Positions 18,126-27,679 of a DNA stretch of 40,425 bases are shown here, piece by piece. Both the position numbers and the translations under genes were made by a program. Location of the stretch: positions 527,720 through 568,144 of the forward strand of contig CAZXUH010000001.1 in the NCBI GenBank assembly GCA_964644035.1, in the 5' to 3' direction. Origin of the DNA: an uncultured Candidatus Saccharibacteria bacterium (GTDB taxonomy: Bacteria > Patescibacteriota > Minisyncoccia > Phycocordibacterales > DAORIS01). The notes beneath the pieces were generated by a model that worked only from the letters and a program-made list of their open reading frames with translations, made no database searches and was not told where the DNA came from. Numbering within the stretch: position 1 is the first letter of the stretch; every line of letters starts with the position of its first letter.

Positions 18126-18136
18126 GGTAGTAAATA

Positions 18137-18814
18137 TTATGAAAGTTTAGCTTCGAGAAGTTTCGAAGATTCTTCAGGATTGACGACGACCACGTATTTG
18201 TAATTGAGCAAATGAAGAGGGTTGATGTTTCGGAGTTCAGTTACTTCTGTCTTACCAAGATTTCTGAAGCTCTTCTCCACAACAACATCCTTTGTTGGAA
18301 TTGCAATAAGAGCAGCATTGGTTTTCTTTGTCTTGAGTTTTTCAAATCCTTTTACAGATGAGAGTGATTCGAGAGTTTTGACCGCTTCTTTTGTCTTTGG
18401 CATTTTCATTGAAATAGAATCGACAAAAAGAATTTCACCATCGCGCATTTTCTGAGAAATAATAGTAAAGAGAGCCTTTACTTTTGCTTTCTTATTGACC
18501 TTGCGATCAAAATTCTTGTCATTGCGAGGACCATGCGCTACTCCACCACCAACCCAAATAGGAGAACGTGTAGAACCGTGACGAGCGCGGCCGAGACCCT
18601 TTTGCTGCCAAGGCTTTTTACCTCCACCACGTACTTCGCTTCGGTCTTTTGTGTGAGCAACAGGAGTGCGACCTGCTGTCTTCATAGAATTTACTACCTG
18701 GTAGACGAGGTCAGCATTCCAAGGAAGACCAAAAACCTTTTCTGAAATTTTTGCAGAACCTGTCTCCTTTCCTGATGTATTGTAGATTTTTGTTTCCATG
18801 TTTTTTCTGTTCAA
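18137..18814 (-). CDS. rplD: 50S ribosomal protein L4
   Basis: RGGGKKPWQQKGLGRARHGSTRSPIWVGGGVAHGP. An alternative start METKIYN lies at 18799. Confidence 0.93.
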   Translation of the reverse strand: MNRKNMETKIYNTSGKETGSAKISEKVFGLPWNADLVYQVVNSMKTAGRTPVAHTKDRSEVRGGGKKPWQQKGLGRARHGSTRSPIWVGGGVAHGPRNDKNFDRKVNKKAKVKALFTIISQKMRDGEILFVDSISMKMPKTKEAVKTLESLSSVKGFEKLKTKKTNAALIAIPTKDVVVEKSFRNLGKTEVTELRNINPLHLLNYKYVVVVNPEESSKLLEAKLS

Positions 18815-18818
18815 TCTC

Positions 18819-19427
18819 CTACTTCGCCTTTATTTCTACGAGAGTTCCTCGGCGTCCTGGAATAGCACCACTTACTGCAATCGTATTGGTTTCAGGATTG
18901 ATCTGAACTATCTTGAGATTTTTGACCGTTACTCGATCAGTACCCATTCGGCCTGCCATGCGCATACCTTTTCGGGGACCTGTTCGAAGACCACCTCCAA
19001 TAGAACCCGGTTCACGTTCTGAGTGCTTCTGACCGTGAGATCGTGGACCTCCTCGGAAACCATGTCTCTTCACGACACCCTGAAAACCCTTACCTTTTGA
19101 GATTGCTGATACTTCTACTGTATCGCCTTCCTTGAATACATCAGTTGAGATTTTGTCTCCAACTTTATTTTCTATTTTAGCTGGCTGAAATTCTTTTACG
19201 TATCGGAAATTGCCAAGAGTTTTGAAGTGACCCTTTTCTGCTTTTGAAAGATTCTTTTCTTGTTTGGTACCAAAACCTACCTGAACAGCTTCATAGCCAT
19301 CTTTTTCTTTAGTCTTAACCTGTGTGACTACGACTGGTCCAGCCGTGACAATAGTGACAGGCATAACAACCCCGTCTTCGGTAAATATCTGTGACATTTC
19401 TTCTTTTGTTCCGAGTATGAATTTCAT
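18819..19427 (-). CDS. rplC: 50S ribosomal protein L3
   Basis: MKFILGTKEEMSQIF...GKGFQGVVKRHGFRGGPRSHG. Confidence 0.95.
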   Translation of the reverse strand: MKFILGTKEEMSQIFTEDGVVMPVTIVTAGPVVVTQVKTKEKDGYEAVQVGFGTKQEKNLSKAEKGHFKTLGNFRYVKEFQPAKIENKVGDKISTDVFKEGDTVEVSAISKGKGFQGVVKRHGFRGGPRSHGQKHSEREPGSIGGGLRTGPRKGMRMAGRMGTDRVTVKNLKIVQINPETNTIAVSGAIPGRRGTLVEIKAK

Positions 19428-19458
19428 GCTGTTTGTTGAGGATTATCATCCTTACCGC

Positions 19459-19503
19459 ACAGCCATCCCGAGCGACCTATACAGGTTGCCATAGGATGGC
19501 TGT
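19459..19503 (-). ncRNA. Structured element in the unusually long rpsJ-rplC spacer (candidate leader or attenuator, class unknown)
   Basis: A 10-bp perfect stem ACAGCCATCC/GGATGGCTGT encloses a 25-nt loop that can form a nested 7-bp helix with one mismatch. A second small hairpin AGGAT-gata-ATCCT follows on the transcribed strand. Confidence 0.3.
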
Positions 19504-19520
19504 ACTAGAGAACGACAATA

Positions 19521-19874
19521 CTACATCATTTTCACGTCGATGTTAACACCTGACGGAAGATTGAGGTTAGTAAGGGCTTCAATCACCTTCGCCGTTGGAT
19601 TGACGATATCAATCACACGCTTATGAATCCTCATCTCAAATTGTTCTCGCGCATTTTTGAAAATGAAGGACGAGCGGTTGACGGTGTACTTTTTTATTTC
19701 TGTTGGAAGTGGAATCGGACCAATGACCTGAGCATCGTATCGAAGCGCTGTGTCAATAATCTGCTTCACAGACACATCGAGTATTTTGTACTCATATGCT
19801 CTGACGCGGATTCGCAAACGCTGTGCGACATCTTTGCTTACCTTTTCTGATTTTTTTGTTGTTGCGGCGGTCAT
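19521..19874 (-). CDS. rpsJ: 30S ribosomal protein S10
   Basis: RLRIRVRAYEYKILD...IGPIPLPTEIKKYTVNRS...FEMRIHKRVIDI. Confidence 0.95.
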   Translation of the reverse strand: MTAATTKKSEKVSKDVAQRLRIRVRAYEYKILDVSVKQIIDTALRYDAQVIGPIPLPTEIKKYTVNRSSFIFKNAREQFEMRIHKRVIDIVNPTAKVIEALTNLNLPSGVNIDVKMM

Positions 19875-19904
19875 GGTGTTTTGAATGAACGGACGATTCC
19901 TTAT

Positions 19905-21104
19905 TTAGGCAATGATCTTGGTTACAACTCCTGCGCCGACTGTCTTACCACCTTCTCGGATAGCAAAACGTGTCTTATCTTCAAGAGCAACTGGGGCTAC
20001 GAGCTTCACTTTGAATGTTGTCGTATCACCAGGCATAACCATTTCTACGCCTTCCTTGAGGCTTACTTCGCCTGTTACGTCCGTTGTTCGAACATAGAAC
20101 TGAGGCTTGTAGCCAGTAAAGAATGGAGTGTGTCGGCCTCCTTCTTCCTTTTTAAGAACATATACTTCTGCTTCGAAATCTGTATGAGGAGTCACTGAGC
20201 CTGGTTTAGCAATAACCTGACCACGGTGAATTTCTTCTTTCTTGGCACCTCGGAGAAGGATACCAGCGTTGTCGCCAGCCATACCTTCATTGAGCTGCTT
20301 ATTGAACATTTCAATACCAGTGACTGTCGTCTTTGTCGTAGGCTTGATACCAACGAGCTCAACGTCTTCACCGACTTTGACAATACCGCGCTCGATACGA
20401 CCAGTAACCACCGTACCTCGGCCTTCGATTGAGAAAATGTCTTCGATAGGCATAAGGAATGGCTTGTCCGTTTCACGAACTGGAACTGGAATATATTCAT
20501 CAAGCATTTGAGTGAGCTTCAAAACCTTCTGAGCCCATTCATCGCTAACATCCTTGGCTTCAAGGGCCTTGAGGCCTGAACCACGGATAACTGGTGCATT
20601 TGCACCATCAAATCCCTGTTTTGTGAGGAGTTCACGAACTTCTTCTTCGACGAGGTCGATAAGTTCAGGATCTGGGACCATGTCTACCTTGTTGAGGAAG
20701 ACGATGATCTTAGGCACACCAACCTGCTTTGCAAGAAGGATGTGTTCACGTGTCTGAGGCATAACACCGTCAGTCGCTGCTACCACGAGGATAGCACCGT
20801 CCATTTGAGCGGCACCCGTGATCATGTTCTTAATATAGTCTGCGTGACCAGGCGCGTCGATGTGCGCATAGTGACGATTCTTTGTCGAGTATTCGTTGTG
20901 TGAGAGAGAAATCGTAATACCTCGAGCCTTTTCTTCGGGAGCGGAGTCAATATCTCCTACGCCCTTAAGCTTGACCTGTTGGCCGTCCAAGTTAAGCACG
21001 TTCAAAATAGCCGCTGTAAGCGTGGTCTTACCATGGTCAACGTGACCGATAGTACCAACGTTTACGTGTGGCTTTGAACGATCAAATACTGCTGCTTCTG
21101 CCAT
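19905..21104 (-). CDS. tuf: Elongation factor Tu
   Basis: 399 aa: [18 protein letters not shown]...DAPGHADY...NKVD. Confidence 0.97.
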   Translation of the reverse strand: MAEAAVFDRSKPHVNVGTIGHVDHGKTTLTAAILNVLNLDGQQVKLKGVGDIDSAPEEKARGITISLSHNEYSTKNRHYAHIDAPGHADYIKNMITGAAQMDGAILVVAATDGVMPQTREHILLAKQVGVPKIIVFLNKVDMVPDPELIDLVEEEVRELLTKQGFDGANAPVIRGSGLKALEAKDVSDEWAQKVLKLTQMLDEYIPVPVRETDKPFLMPIEDIFSIEGRGTVVTGRIERGIVKVGEDVELVGIKPTTKTTVTGIEMFNKQLNEGMAGDNAGILLRGAKKEEIHRGQVIAKPGSVTPHTDFEAEVYVLKKEEGGRHTPFFTGYKPQFYVRTTDVTGEVSLKEGVEMVMPGDTTTFKVKLVAPVALEDKTRFAIREGGKTVGAGVVTKIIA

Positions 21105-21314
21105 ATTTGTCTATAATTACATTGGATAACTGAGAGTCTCAAACGCGCGAGAACTTGGGTTTGAGACTTTCAACTATTACCAAAAATTCTATTAATCTGT
21201 TTTCTTGTCAAAGAACGACAAAGAGAAAACAGCGCAAAAATGCGTACTGGTCATATTAGCAGAAGCCGGCTAATAGTCAACTTTTTCTGGCATTTTGTAT
21301 AAAAAACCTCCTTT

Positions 21315-21872
21315 TTAGGATCCGTAGGCAATCAATGTCTTTAGTATATCCGACTGATTGAGGCATTTTTGAGACGTCGTCTTGAAATATCCCTTATCGA
21401 GCAAAGCCACATATATACCCGTTCTGAGTATTGGATTGACCCCTGCATCTGACAACATAGTATTAAGTTCATTAGATGTACAAATTTTTCCGTCTTTTCC
21501 ATAGGTAGTGACTACATGATTGGCAACTGCAGCAAAATCAATCTCCCCTTTTGAGTTTATGAGTTTGTTTATTCTGAGTATTTTTTGCAGATTTCTGACA
21601 GTATCTTGTATTTCTTGATCACCAATTATCTTAAATGAAGTGCACGGGATTATTTTTGTCGACGTGCTTTGTATATAAATAGCGCAATTGGTTTCTGTCT
21701 TTACTACATATATACCATTGTGCTGATTGCTGTTGAGCGCAGCAATAGCAGAAGCTTCTGATGCAGCATTGTGCGTAAGTGCATCTGCATCGATCTTAGA
21801 GAGAGTAAAAGTCGTAGCGACAATTCCAACAATTGCAATAATCGTATAAGCCAGTAACGGATTGATTTTCAT
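21315..21872 (-). CDS. Hypothetical membrane-anchored or secreted protein between fusA and tuf
   Basis: 185-aa ORF with an N-terminal hydrophobic helix (LLAYTIIAIVGIVATTF) and 5 Cys in the ectodomain. It is AT-rich like the host. I recognise no family. Confidence 0.5.
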   Translation of the reverse strand: MKINPLLAYTIIAIVGIVATTFTLSKIDADALTHNAASEASAIAALNSNQHNGIYVVKTETNCAIYIQSTSTKIIPCTSFKIIGDQEIQDTVRNLQKILRINKLINSKGEIDFAAVANHVVTTYGKDGKICTSNELNTMLSDAGVNPILRTGIYVALLDKGYFKTTSQKCLNQSDILKTLIAYGS

Positions 21873-21900
21873 TCATCTATTGTAAGTCACTTTATATTAA

Positions 21901-21937
21901 AACAAAACCGCTCTGAGTATTATTCAAAGCGGTTTTG
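21901..21937 (-). terminator. Rho-independent terminator downstream of fusA
   Basis: On the minus strand: AAAACCGCT-loop-AGCGGTTTT followed by GTTTT, starting 20 nt after the fusA stop. Confidence 0.6.
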
Positions 21938-21956
21938 CATACTTATTGTATTGAGA

Positions 21957-24101
21957 TTATTTTCTTGCTTCGACAATAGTCTTCTCTACGTTTGGAGGGA
22001 CGATCGAGTAATGACTGAATTCCATACCGGCATTGCCTCGGCCTTCTGTCATAGAACGCAACTGCGTAGTGAAACCAAACATTTCAGCTAGAGGCACGTC
22101 GGCGTGAATGATTTTGAGTCCGCCTGATCGTTCATCGAAGCCTGCAATCGTGGCGCGCTTTGCCGAAAGATTACCCGTAACATCTCCGAAGAATTTCTCT
22201 GGAACTGTTACTTCGAGCTTCATGATCGGTTCAAGAATAACCGGACGAGCACGCTTCACACCTTCTTGGAAAGCTTGAGAAGCAGCAATCTTGTAAGCAA
22301 TTTCCGATGAGTCGACATCGTGATATGAACCGAAGGTAAGTTCGCAAGAAATGTTTACCAGTTTGAAACCAGCAACCACTCCCCGATCCATCGCTTCGCG
22401 TACACCCTTTTCAACAGCTGGAATAAATTCCTGAGGAATAACACCTCCTTTGATCGAGTCGATAAATTCGAAGTCATCGTAACGCTTAACATTCTTTGGA
22501 ATCTTGGCACCTTCTTCAAGTTTTTCGAGAGGTTTGATAGTGATCTTAACGTGACCGTATTGACCCTTACCACCAGACTGTTTGACGTATTTGTGTTCGG
22601 CTTCAGCTGAACCAGTAATCGTTTCTCGATATGCTACCTGAGGTTCGCCAACATTGGCTTCAACACCGAATTCTCGCTTCATGCGATCGATCATGATTTC
22701 AAGATGGAGTTCTCCCATACCAGCAATAAGTGTTTCACCTGTTTCTGAGTTTGAACTTATTTTGAATGTTGGATCTTCATCAGAGAGTTTCTTGAGAGCC
22801 ATACCCATTTTTTCTTGGTCGGCTTTTGTTTTTGGTTCAATGCGAAGAGAGACAACCGGTTCGACGAATTTGATCGGATCAAGAATAATCGGATTGTTTT
22901 CATCACAAAATGTGTGAGATGTTTTTGCAGTTTTAATACCGACGGCTGCTGCGATTTCTCCAGCAAATACTTTTTTCACTTCTTCTCGTTTATCAGCCTG
23001 CAATCGCACGATACGGCCAAGACGTTCCTTCTCACCTGTTGTTGCATTGTAAAGGTAGGTTCCAGCTTCAATCGTTCCTGAATAGACTCTGAAGAAGGTC
23101 AGCTGACCAACGAATGGATCGTTTTGGAGTTTGAACGCAAGAGCAGAAAATGGTTCTGTATCGGAAGGCTTGCGGAAAATTTCATCACCAGTCTTAGGAT
23201 CAATGCCGCGTACAGGTGGAATATCAAGAGGGCTTGGAAGATATTCGACGACAGCATCGAGTACAAGCTGCACACCTTTATTCTTGAGAGCAGTACCTGT
23301 CATGACAGGTATAAGCTTCACTTCAATCGTTGCCTTACGAAGTGTTTTCTTAAGCTCTTCCATTGTAGGCTCTTTTCCTTCGAGATACTGAGCCATGAGA
23401 TTGTCATCTTGTTCGACAATTTTTTCTACAAGCTCGGCACGGTACTTTTTTGCTTCGTCGACAAATTCTGCAGGAATTTCTTCTTCACGAATCTTCATGC
23501 CCATTTCCCCTTCGAAATAGTAGGCCTTCATTTTGAAAAGATCGATCACGCCTGAGAAATTTTCTTCAGAGCCCATAGGAATCTGAATGCGTACAGCATT
23601 TTTGCTGAGACGATCGATAATAGATTTGTATGAACGTTCAAATGATGCGCCTGTGCGATCGAGTTTGTTGATGAAACAAATACGAGGCACATTACCATCA
23701 TCGGCATAGCGCCAGTTGGTTTCAGACTGAGGTTCGACACCTGCGACGCCATCAAACACGACAACAGCACCGTCGAGTACTCGGAGTGAGCGTTTTACTT
23801 CGGCAGTGAAGTCGATGTGTCCGGGAGTGTCAATAATATTGAATCGGTGCATGTTCGATTTGTCCGCACCCATGTATGTTGGATTCCAGAAACAAGTAAT
23901 AGCCGCCGCAGTAATAGTGATACCGCGTTCGCGTTCCTGTTCCATCCAGTCGGTAACCGTTTCACCCTCATGCACTTCACCGATCTTGTGGGTCATACCC
24001 GTGTAGAACAAGATTCGTTCTGAAGTTGTTGTCTTACCGGCGTCGATGTGGGCTATAATTCCGAAGTTACGGACTCTTTCCAATGGATAATCGCGATTCA
24101 T
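21957..24101 (-). CDS. fusA: Elongation factor G
   Basis: 714 aa: [21 protein letters not shown]...DTPGHIDF...NKLDR. Confidence 0.97.
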   Translation of the reverse strand: MNRDYPLERVRNFGIIAHIDAGKTTTSERILFYTGMTHKIGEVHEGETVTDWMEQERERGITITAAAITCFWNPTYMGADKSNMHRFNIIDTPGHIDFTAEVKRSLRVLDGAVVVFDGVAGVEPQSETNWRYADDGNVPRICFINKLDRTGASFERSYKSIIDRLSKNAVRIQIPMGSEENFSGVIDLFKMKAYYFEGEMGMKIREEEIPAEFVDEAKKYRAELVEKIVEQDDNLMAQYLEGKEPTMEELKKTLRKATIEVKLIPVMTGTALKNKGVQLVLDAVVEYLPSPLDIPPVRGIDPKTGDEIFRKPSDTEPFSALAFKLQNDPFVGQLTFFRVYSGTIEAGTYLYNATTGEKERLGRIVRLQADKREEVKKVFAGEIAAAVGIKTAKTSHTFCDENNPIILDPIKFVEPVVSLRIEPKTKADQEKMGMALKKLSDEDPTFKISSNSETGETLIAGMGELHLEIMIDRMKREFGVEANVGEPQVAYRETITGSAEAEHKYVKQSGGKGQYGHVKITIKPLEKLEEGAKIPKNVKRYDDFEFIDSIKGGVIPQEFIPAVEKGVREAMDRGVVAGFKLVNISCELTFGSYHDVDSSEIAYKIAASQAFQEGVKRARPVILEPIMKLEVTVPEKFFGDVTGNLSAKRATIAGFDERSGGLKIIHADVPLAEMFGFTTQLRSMTEGRGNAGMEFSHYSIVPPNVEKTIVEARK

Positions 24102-24177
24102 AAATAATTAGTGACTAAATAAAAACAAGAGAGAGGCTCTCTGGTATCGACTAGCTTATACGAAAAAGCCTCAATAA

Positions 24178-24519
24178 TCAAGAAACTATCCTTATTTTCG
24201 CATTCGCATTGTTTTGTCGAGCAGCATCTAGATATTCTCTTGTAGTTCTATCAGAAGCTATTTTTTCGGATTCGCAGATATCAATCAGTTTTTCGATTGC
24301 ATCAATATCATCTATATCCTGTGCATGAGATGATGCATATTCAAGATAATCCATTATTTGCCTCAAAACCTGTCGCTTGCGTTCTGTATCGTCTTCCGGA
24401 GTAAGTACAGTGAGTTTCTCAATATAATATTCTATCTGTGATGCAATTGAATTGCCTTCATTATTGCTTTCTATGTTTTCATTCTCCCCTCCCGCTGTAA
24501 GTGTATCTTGATTTTCCAT
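24178..24519 (-). CDS. Hypothetical small acidic protein between rpsG and fusA
   Basis: Start set at MENQDTL (ATG 24519), because the longer ORF (24570) would run through the rpsG terminator hairpin. The 113-aa product is Glu/Asp-rich and probably helical. No family recognised. Confidence 0.45.
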   Translation of the reverse strand: MENQDTLTAGGENENIESNNEGNSIASQIEYYIEKLTVLTPEDDTERKRQVLRQIMDYLEYASSHAQDIDDIDAIEKLIDICESEKIASDRTTREYLDAARQNNANAKIRIVS

Positions 24520-24535
24520 AATAAGTTTATTATAG

Positions 24536-24562
24536 CAAAACTGCCGAGAGTGTCTCGGCAGT
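24536..24562 (-). terminator. Rho-independent terminator downstream of rpsG
   Basis: On the minus strand: CTGCCGAGA-cac-TCTCGGCAG followed by TTTTGC. A TATAAT follows 2 nt after that. Confidence 0.65.
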
Positions 24563-24594
24563 TTGTGCATCTAGATACAATGAATTGTATCGAA

Positions 24595-25065
24595 TTACCA
24601 AGCAAAGTGAGCGAAGGCCTTGTTGGCTTCTGCCATCTTGTGAGTATTTTCACGCTTCTTGACTGCTTCACCTTCATTCTTTGAAGCTGCAATGAGTTCA
24701 TCGGCAAGCTTGATATGCATAGGAGAACCCTTCTTTGAAAATGCCGCATCGATAATCCATCGCATAGCAAGAGACTGCTTGCGGCCCTGAGCAACTTCGC
24801 GAGGAACCTGGTAGTTTGCGCCACCGACTCGTCGTGATCGGACTTCCATTGTAGGACCAACGTTGCGCATTGCTTCGTCGAACACTACTAGTGGATCTTC
24901 AATCTTTGCCTTCTCCTTTATAAGATCAAAAGCATTGTACACAATTTTCTGAGCAATGCTCTTCTTACCATTGACCATGACTGTATTGATAAACTTAGCA
25001 ATCTTTTCCGACTTGTAGATCGGATCTGGTTTTGGAATATTACGATTGTTTACTTTTCTTCGCAT
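24595..25065 (-). CDS. rpsG: 30S ribosomal protein S7
   Basis: 156 aa: PDPIYKSEKIAKFIN...MVNGKKSIAQKIVY...ANKAFAHFAW. Confidence 0.95.
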   Translation of the reverse strand: MRRKVNNRNIPKPDPIYKSEKIAKFINTVMVNGKKSIAQKIVYNAFDLIKEKAKIEDPLVVFDEAMRNVGPTMEVRSRRVGGANYQVPREVAQGRKQSLAMRWIIDAAFSKKGSPMHIKLADELIAASKNEGEAVKKRENTHKMAEANKAFAHFAW

Positions 25066-25070
25066 GAGAA

Positions 25071-25490
25071 TTATTTTTTGTCTGCTTTAGGCTTCTTAGT
25101 ACCGTACATACTTCGAACTTTGCGTCGCTTCTCTACTCCCTGAGTATCGAGTACACCACGAACAATCGTGTAACGAACACCAACATCTTTTACTTTACCA
25201 CCACGAAGCATTACGACTGAGTGTTCCTGAAGATTGTGACCTTCACCTGGAATATACGCTGTTACTTCAATACCATTGGTAAGTCGTACGCGGGCAATTT
25301 TTCGAATAGCTGAGTTAGGCTTCTTAGGAGTCTTGGTTGTAACCTTGGTGCATACACCGCGCTTGAAAGGAGCTGGGTAGAAAACAGGGCGATTTTTAAG
25401 CGCATTAAAACCGCGGGTAAGAGCGACTGCTTTTACCTTGCGGATGACCTTTTTTCTCGACTTTCTTACAAGCTGATTAACTGTTGCCAT
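25071..25490 (-). CDS. rpsL: 30S ribosomal protein S12
   Basis: Canonical N-terminus [10 protein letters not shown] at ATG 25490, plus [19 protein letters not shown]. The ORF-track start at 25529 lies 13 codons upstream. Confidence 0.95.
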   Translation of the reverse strand: MATVNQLVRKSRKKVIRKVKAVALTRGFNALKNRPVFYPAPFKRGVCTKVTTKTPKKPNSAIRKIARVRLTNGIEVTAYIPGEGHNLQEHSVVMLRGGKVKDVGVRYTIVRGVLDTQGVEKRRKVRSMYGTKKPKADKK

Positions 25491-25532
25491 GTAGGGAGAT
25501 ACTCTAATACGACTTTGGGAAAAATGCAAGAG

Positions 25533-26147
25533 TTAGACCCCTTTCAGCATCAATTTGAGAACAAATTCGACGATAACACTCCAATAACTACTAAAAAAGA
25601 TGACCATGATAAGGAAAAGTGGTAGGGAGTATCTCGTAATGAAGTCGGTAATATGTTGATACTTATGAGGAATAAAGGCAAAAAGGACTTTTGAACCATC
25701 GAGTGGATAGAGCGGAGTAAGGTTAAAAACCATCAAACTCGTATTCACAACAACTGTAATAACCAGCAAATTGATAGCTGCTTCATTGAGATGAAGTAGT
25801 ACTGCGAAGTGATTGAGGACCAATGCACATAAAAGGGCTATGATTAGGTTCGAAATCGGTCCAGCAAGAGCTATAAGGGCTGCTCCCCACTTGGGATTGC
25901 GTAGATTGTACGGATTATAAGGCACTGGTTTAGCCCAACCGAAGGTTACTCCAGCAAAAGACGTTACTATAGGCACTATAATAGAGCCAAAAAGGTCTAT
26001 ATGCTTGATAGGATTGAGAGTAAGCCTCTTTTCGTATTTGGCAGTCGGATCGCCTAGGAAAAGCGCCATGTAGCCGTGAGAAACCTCATGGATGACCACA
26101 GAAAACAAAAGGATAATGATTGAATAGACTATATCTATAGTACTCAT
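25533..26147 (-). CDS. Site-2 protease family (M50) membrane metalloprotease
   Basis: 204-aa polytopic protein with HEVSHG (HExxH) in TM1 and a downstream LYPLDGSKV motif. Confidence 0.8.
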   Translation of the reverse strand: MSTIDIVYSIIILLFSVVIHEVSHGYMALFLGDPTAKYEKRLTLNPIKHIDLFGSIIVPIVTSFAGVTFGWAKPVPYNPYNLRNPKWGAALIALAGPISNLIIALLCALVLNHFAVLLHLNEAAINLLVITVVVNTSLMVFNLTPLYPLDGSKVLFAFIPHKYQHITDFITRYSLPLFLIMVIFFSSYWSVIVEFVLKLMLKGV

Positions 26148-26196
26148 AATAAACTCAAGTCCTTATCCTCTCCCAAACTAAAAAGAAAAGCAATTC

Positions 26197-26225
26197 TTGC
26201 ATATACCTATTGTGCGTGGTAATAT
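26197..26225 (+). promoter_or_regulatory. Candidate promoter for rpmB giving a very short or absent leader
   Basis: TTGCAT (26197-26202), 17 nt, TAATAT (26220-26225). The rpmB ATG is at 26236, only 10 nt after the -10 element. Confidence 0.4.
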
Positions 26226-26235
26226 CATCGCCACT

Positions 26236-26478
26236 ATGGCAAAAGTTTGCGCAGTCACAAAAAGAGGTTCACAAATGGGAGGCGGCTATTCAAACCGCAC
26301 CCGCGCAACCCAGTACAACCCTACTGGTAAAGTTCGACGTTATGTAAATCTTCAGAAGAAGAGAATCTATGTTCCTGAAATCAAAAAGACTGTTGTCGTT
26401 ACTCTTTCGACAAAGGCAATCAAGACAATCAATAAAAACGGTGCCTTCGCTGTCCTCAAGAAAGCCGGCGTCATTTAG
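26236..26478 (+). CDS. rpmB: 50S ribosomal protein L28
   Basis: MAKVCAVTKRGSQMGGGYSNRTRAT... is the bL28 pattern (compare MSRVCQVTGKR). The ORF-track start at 26197 is a TTG that overlaps the predicted -35. Confidence 0.85.
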   Translation: MAKVCAVTKRGSQMGGGYSNRTRATQYNPTGKVRRYVNLQKKRIYVPEIKKTVVVTLSTKAIKTINKNGAFAVLKKAGVI

Positions 26479-26480
26479 TC

Positions 26481-27341
26481 TTACTTTTTTCTGACCAAAC
26501 TCTTTCCGTCAGAAACAAATACAATAGTCCCCTCATTATAAGTACCCAATATGGGTATTTTTAATTTACTAAGCATATCCGTAGTTTCTTTGTGAGGATG
26601 TCCGTAACTATTATTTTTCTTTGCAGAAATAATACTGTATATTGGCGCGACAGCTGCAAAAAACTTTTCCGATATAGATGTGCGCGATCCATGATGCCCT
26701 TCTTTGAGTAAATCACTTTTCATATTTTCTTTTTCAAGATCGACAACATATTCTTCTGTTTGGTAGGTAGCGTCACCTGTGAGCATGACCGAAGTACTTC
26801 CGTACACAAGCTTGGCAATGATCGATCCTGTATTACTCGTCACACCCAAAACATTTCTATCGGGAAATAAAATATCTATATATGCACCGCTACCAATATG
26901 GATTCGCTGACCACGCAGTGCAATTGTCTTTTGTATATCTTTAATTTCAACTGAAGATTCGAGTGCTTTATAAATTTCACTAGTATTGATTGTCGATGAT
27001 TCTACAAATTGATCTACTTTATATCTTTCGAGGACAGGAATAAACCCTGCAATATGATCACGATCGGGATTGGTACTTATGATCATATCGATGCGGCGAT
27101 CGTGCCAGCGCATGACTCGCTGAAGTTCTTGCAAGACTTTTGCATCGGGTCCGGAATCTATAAGCACATCGTGATGATCGGGTGATTCTATATATATGGC
27201 ATCTCCCTGACCAACATCGAGAAAAGCGATTTTCAATTGCCCAATATTTCTCTGACTCCACATAATCTGCGCACAGATTACTATCAACATCAAAAGTGTC
27301 AGTGCTAAGACAAGTTGAAAATATTTCTTAATGAATTCCAC
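26481..27341 (-). CDS. ComEC-type MBL (beta-lactamase fold) domain protein with its own N-terminal TM anchor
   Basis: One TM helix, then LKIAFLDVGQGDAIYIESPDHHDVLIDSGP...DRDHIAG...EGHHGS, the signature of the C-terminal nuclease domain of ComEC/Rec2. Confidence 0.75.
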   Translation of the reverse strand: MEFIKKYFQLVLALTLLMLIVICAQIMWSQRNIGQLKIAFLDVGQGDAIYIESPDHHDVLIDSGPDAKVLQELQRVMRWHDRRIDMIISTNPDRDHIAGFIPVLERYKVDQFVESSTINTSEIYKALESSVEIKDIQKTIALRGQRIHIGSGAYIDILFPDRNVLGVTSNTGSIIAKLVYGSTSVMLTGDATYQTEEYVVDLEKENMKSDLLKEGHHGSRTSISEKFFAAVAPIYSIISAKKNNSYGHPHKETTDMLSKLKIPILGTYNEGTIVFVSDGKSLVRKK

Positions 27342-27402
27342 CTATCAAGCTTAGCAAGATTTATATAAAATAACTTTCAAGAAATAATAGTTAAAAATGA
27401 AA

Positions 27403-27431
27403 TAAAAAACACCCACGCATTGCGTGGGTGC
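27403..27431 (-). terminator. Rho-independent terminator of the 74-aa GC-rich ORF
   Basis: On the minus strand: CACCCACGC-aat-GCGTGGGTG followed by TTTTTTATTT. Confidence 0.7.
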
Positions 27432-27454
27432 CGTGATCAATATCACGATATTGT

Positions 27455-27679
27455 TTAGGCCGCCATTGTGAGATCGCCTTGAACAGCCCAGAAACGACGA
27501 GTGGCTTCCACCCTGTCGCCCCAGTTGTATTTCAAAATGATCTTCCGCAACACAGGAATGTTGTGAGGGTGAACCTTACCCCATTCCAAAGCGCGACTGA
27601 CTGCCGCAGCGGCCGGTTCTTCACGACGAAGATCCCTGGTCACTCGACAGAGTCGACGAAACTTCTTAAAAGACATCAT
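27455..27679 (-). CDS. Orphan 74-aa basic protein, GC-rich and preceded by a Shine-Dalgarno motif
   Basis: GGAGG (27688-27684) lies 4 nt before ATG 27679, and a dedicated terminator follows. Two 60-nt samples counted by hand gave 52% G+C, against 32% in a flanking sample. An antisense ORF (27479-27697 +) exists but has no comparable signals. Confidence 0.5.
   Translation of the reverse strand: MMSFKKFRRLCRVTRDLRREEPAAAAVSRALEWGKVHPHNIPVLRKIILKYNWGDRVEATRRFWAVQGDLTMAA

Noticed and set aside
24102-24177. Possible terminator after the 113-aa acidic ORF (AGAGA-gcc-TCTCT ... TTGTTTTT on the minus strand)
   Set aside because: The stem is 5 bp, partly A-U, with a 3-nt loop, and the U-run is offset by 4 nt. 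This is too weak to annotate.
118-25000. Many antisense or alternative-frame ORFs inside ribosomal and housekeeping genes (for example 118-306, 467-814, 1230-1613, 4249-4695, 12398-12634, 20192-20503, 24471-24860)
   Set aside because: Each lies wholly within a confidently identified conserved gene on the other strand or in another frame, and has low-complexity or biased composition typical of shadow ORFs.
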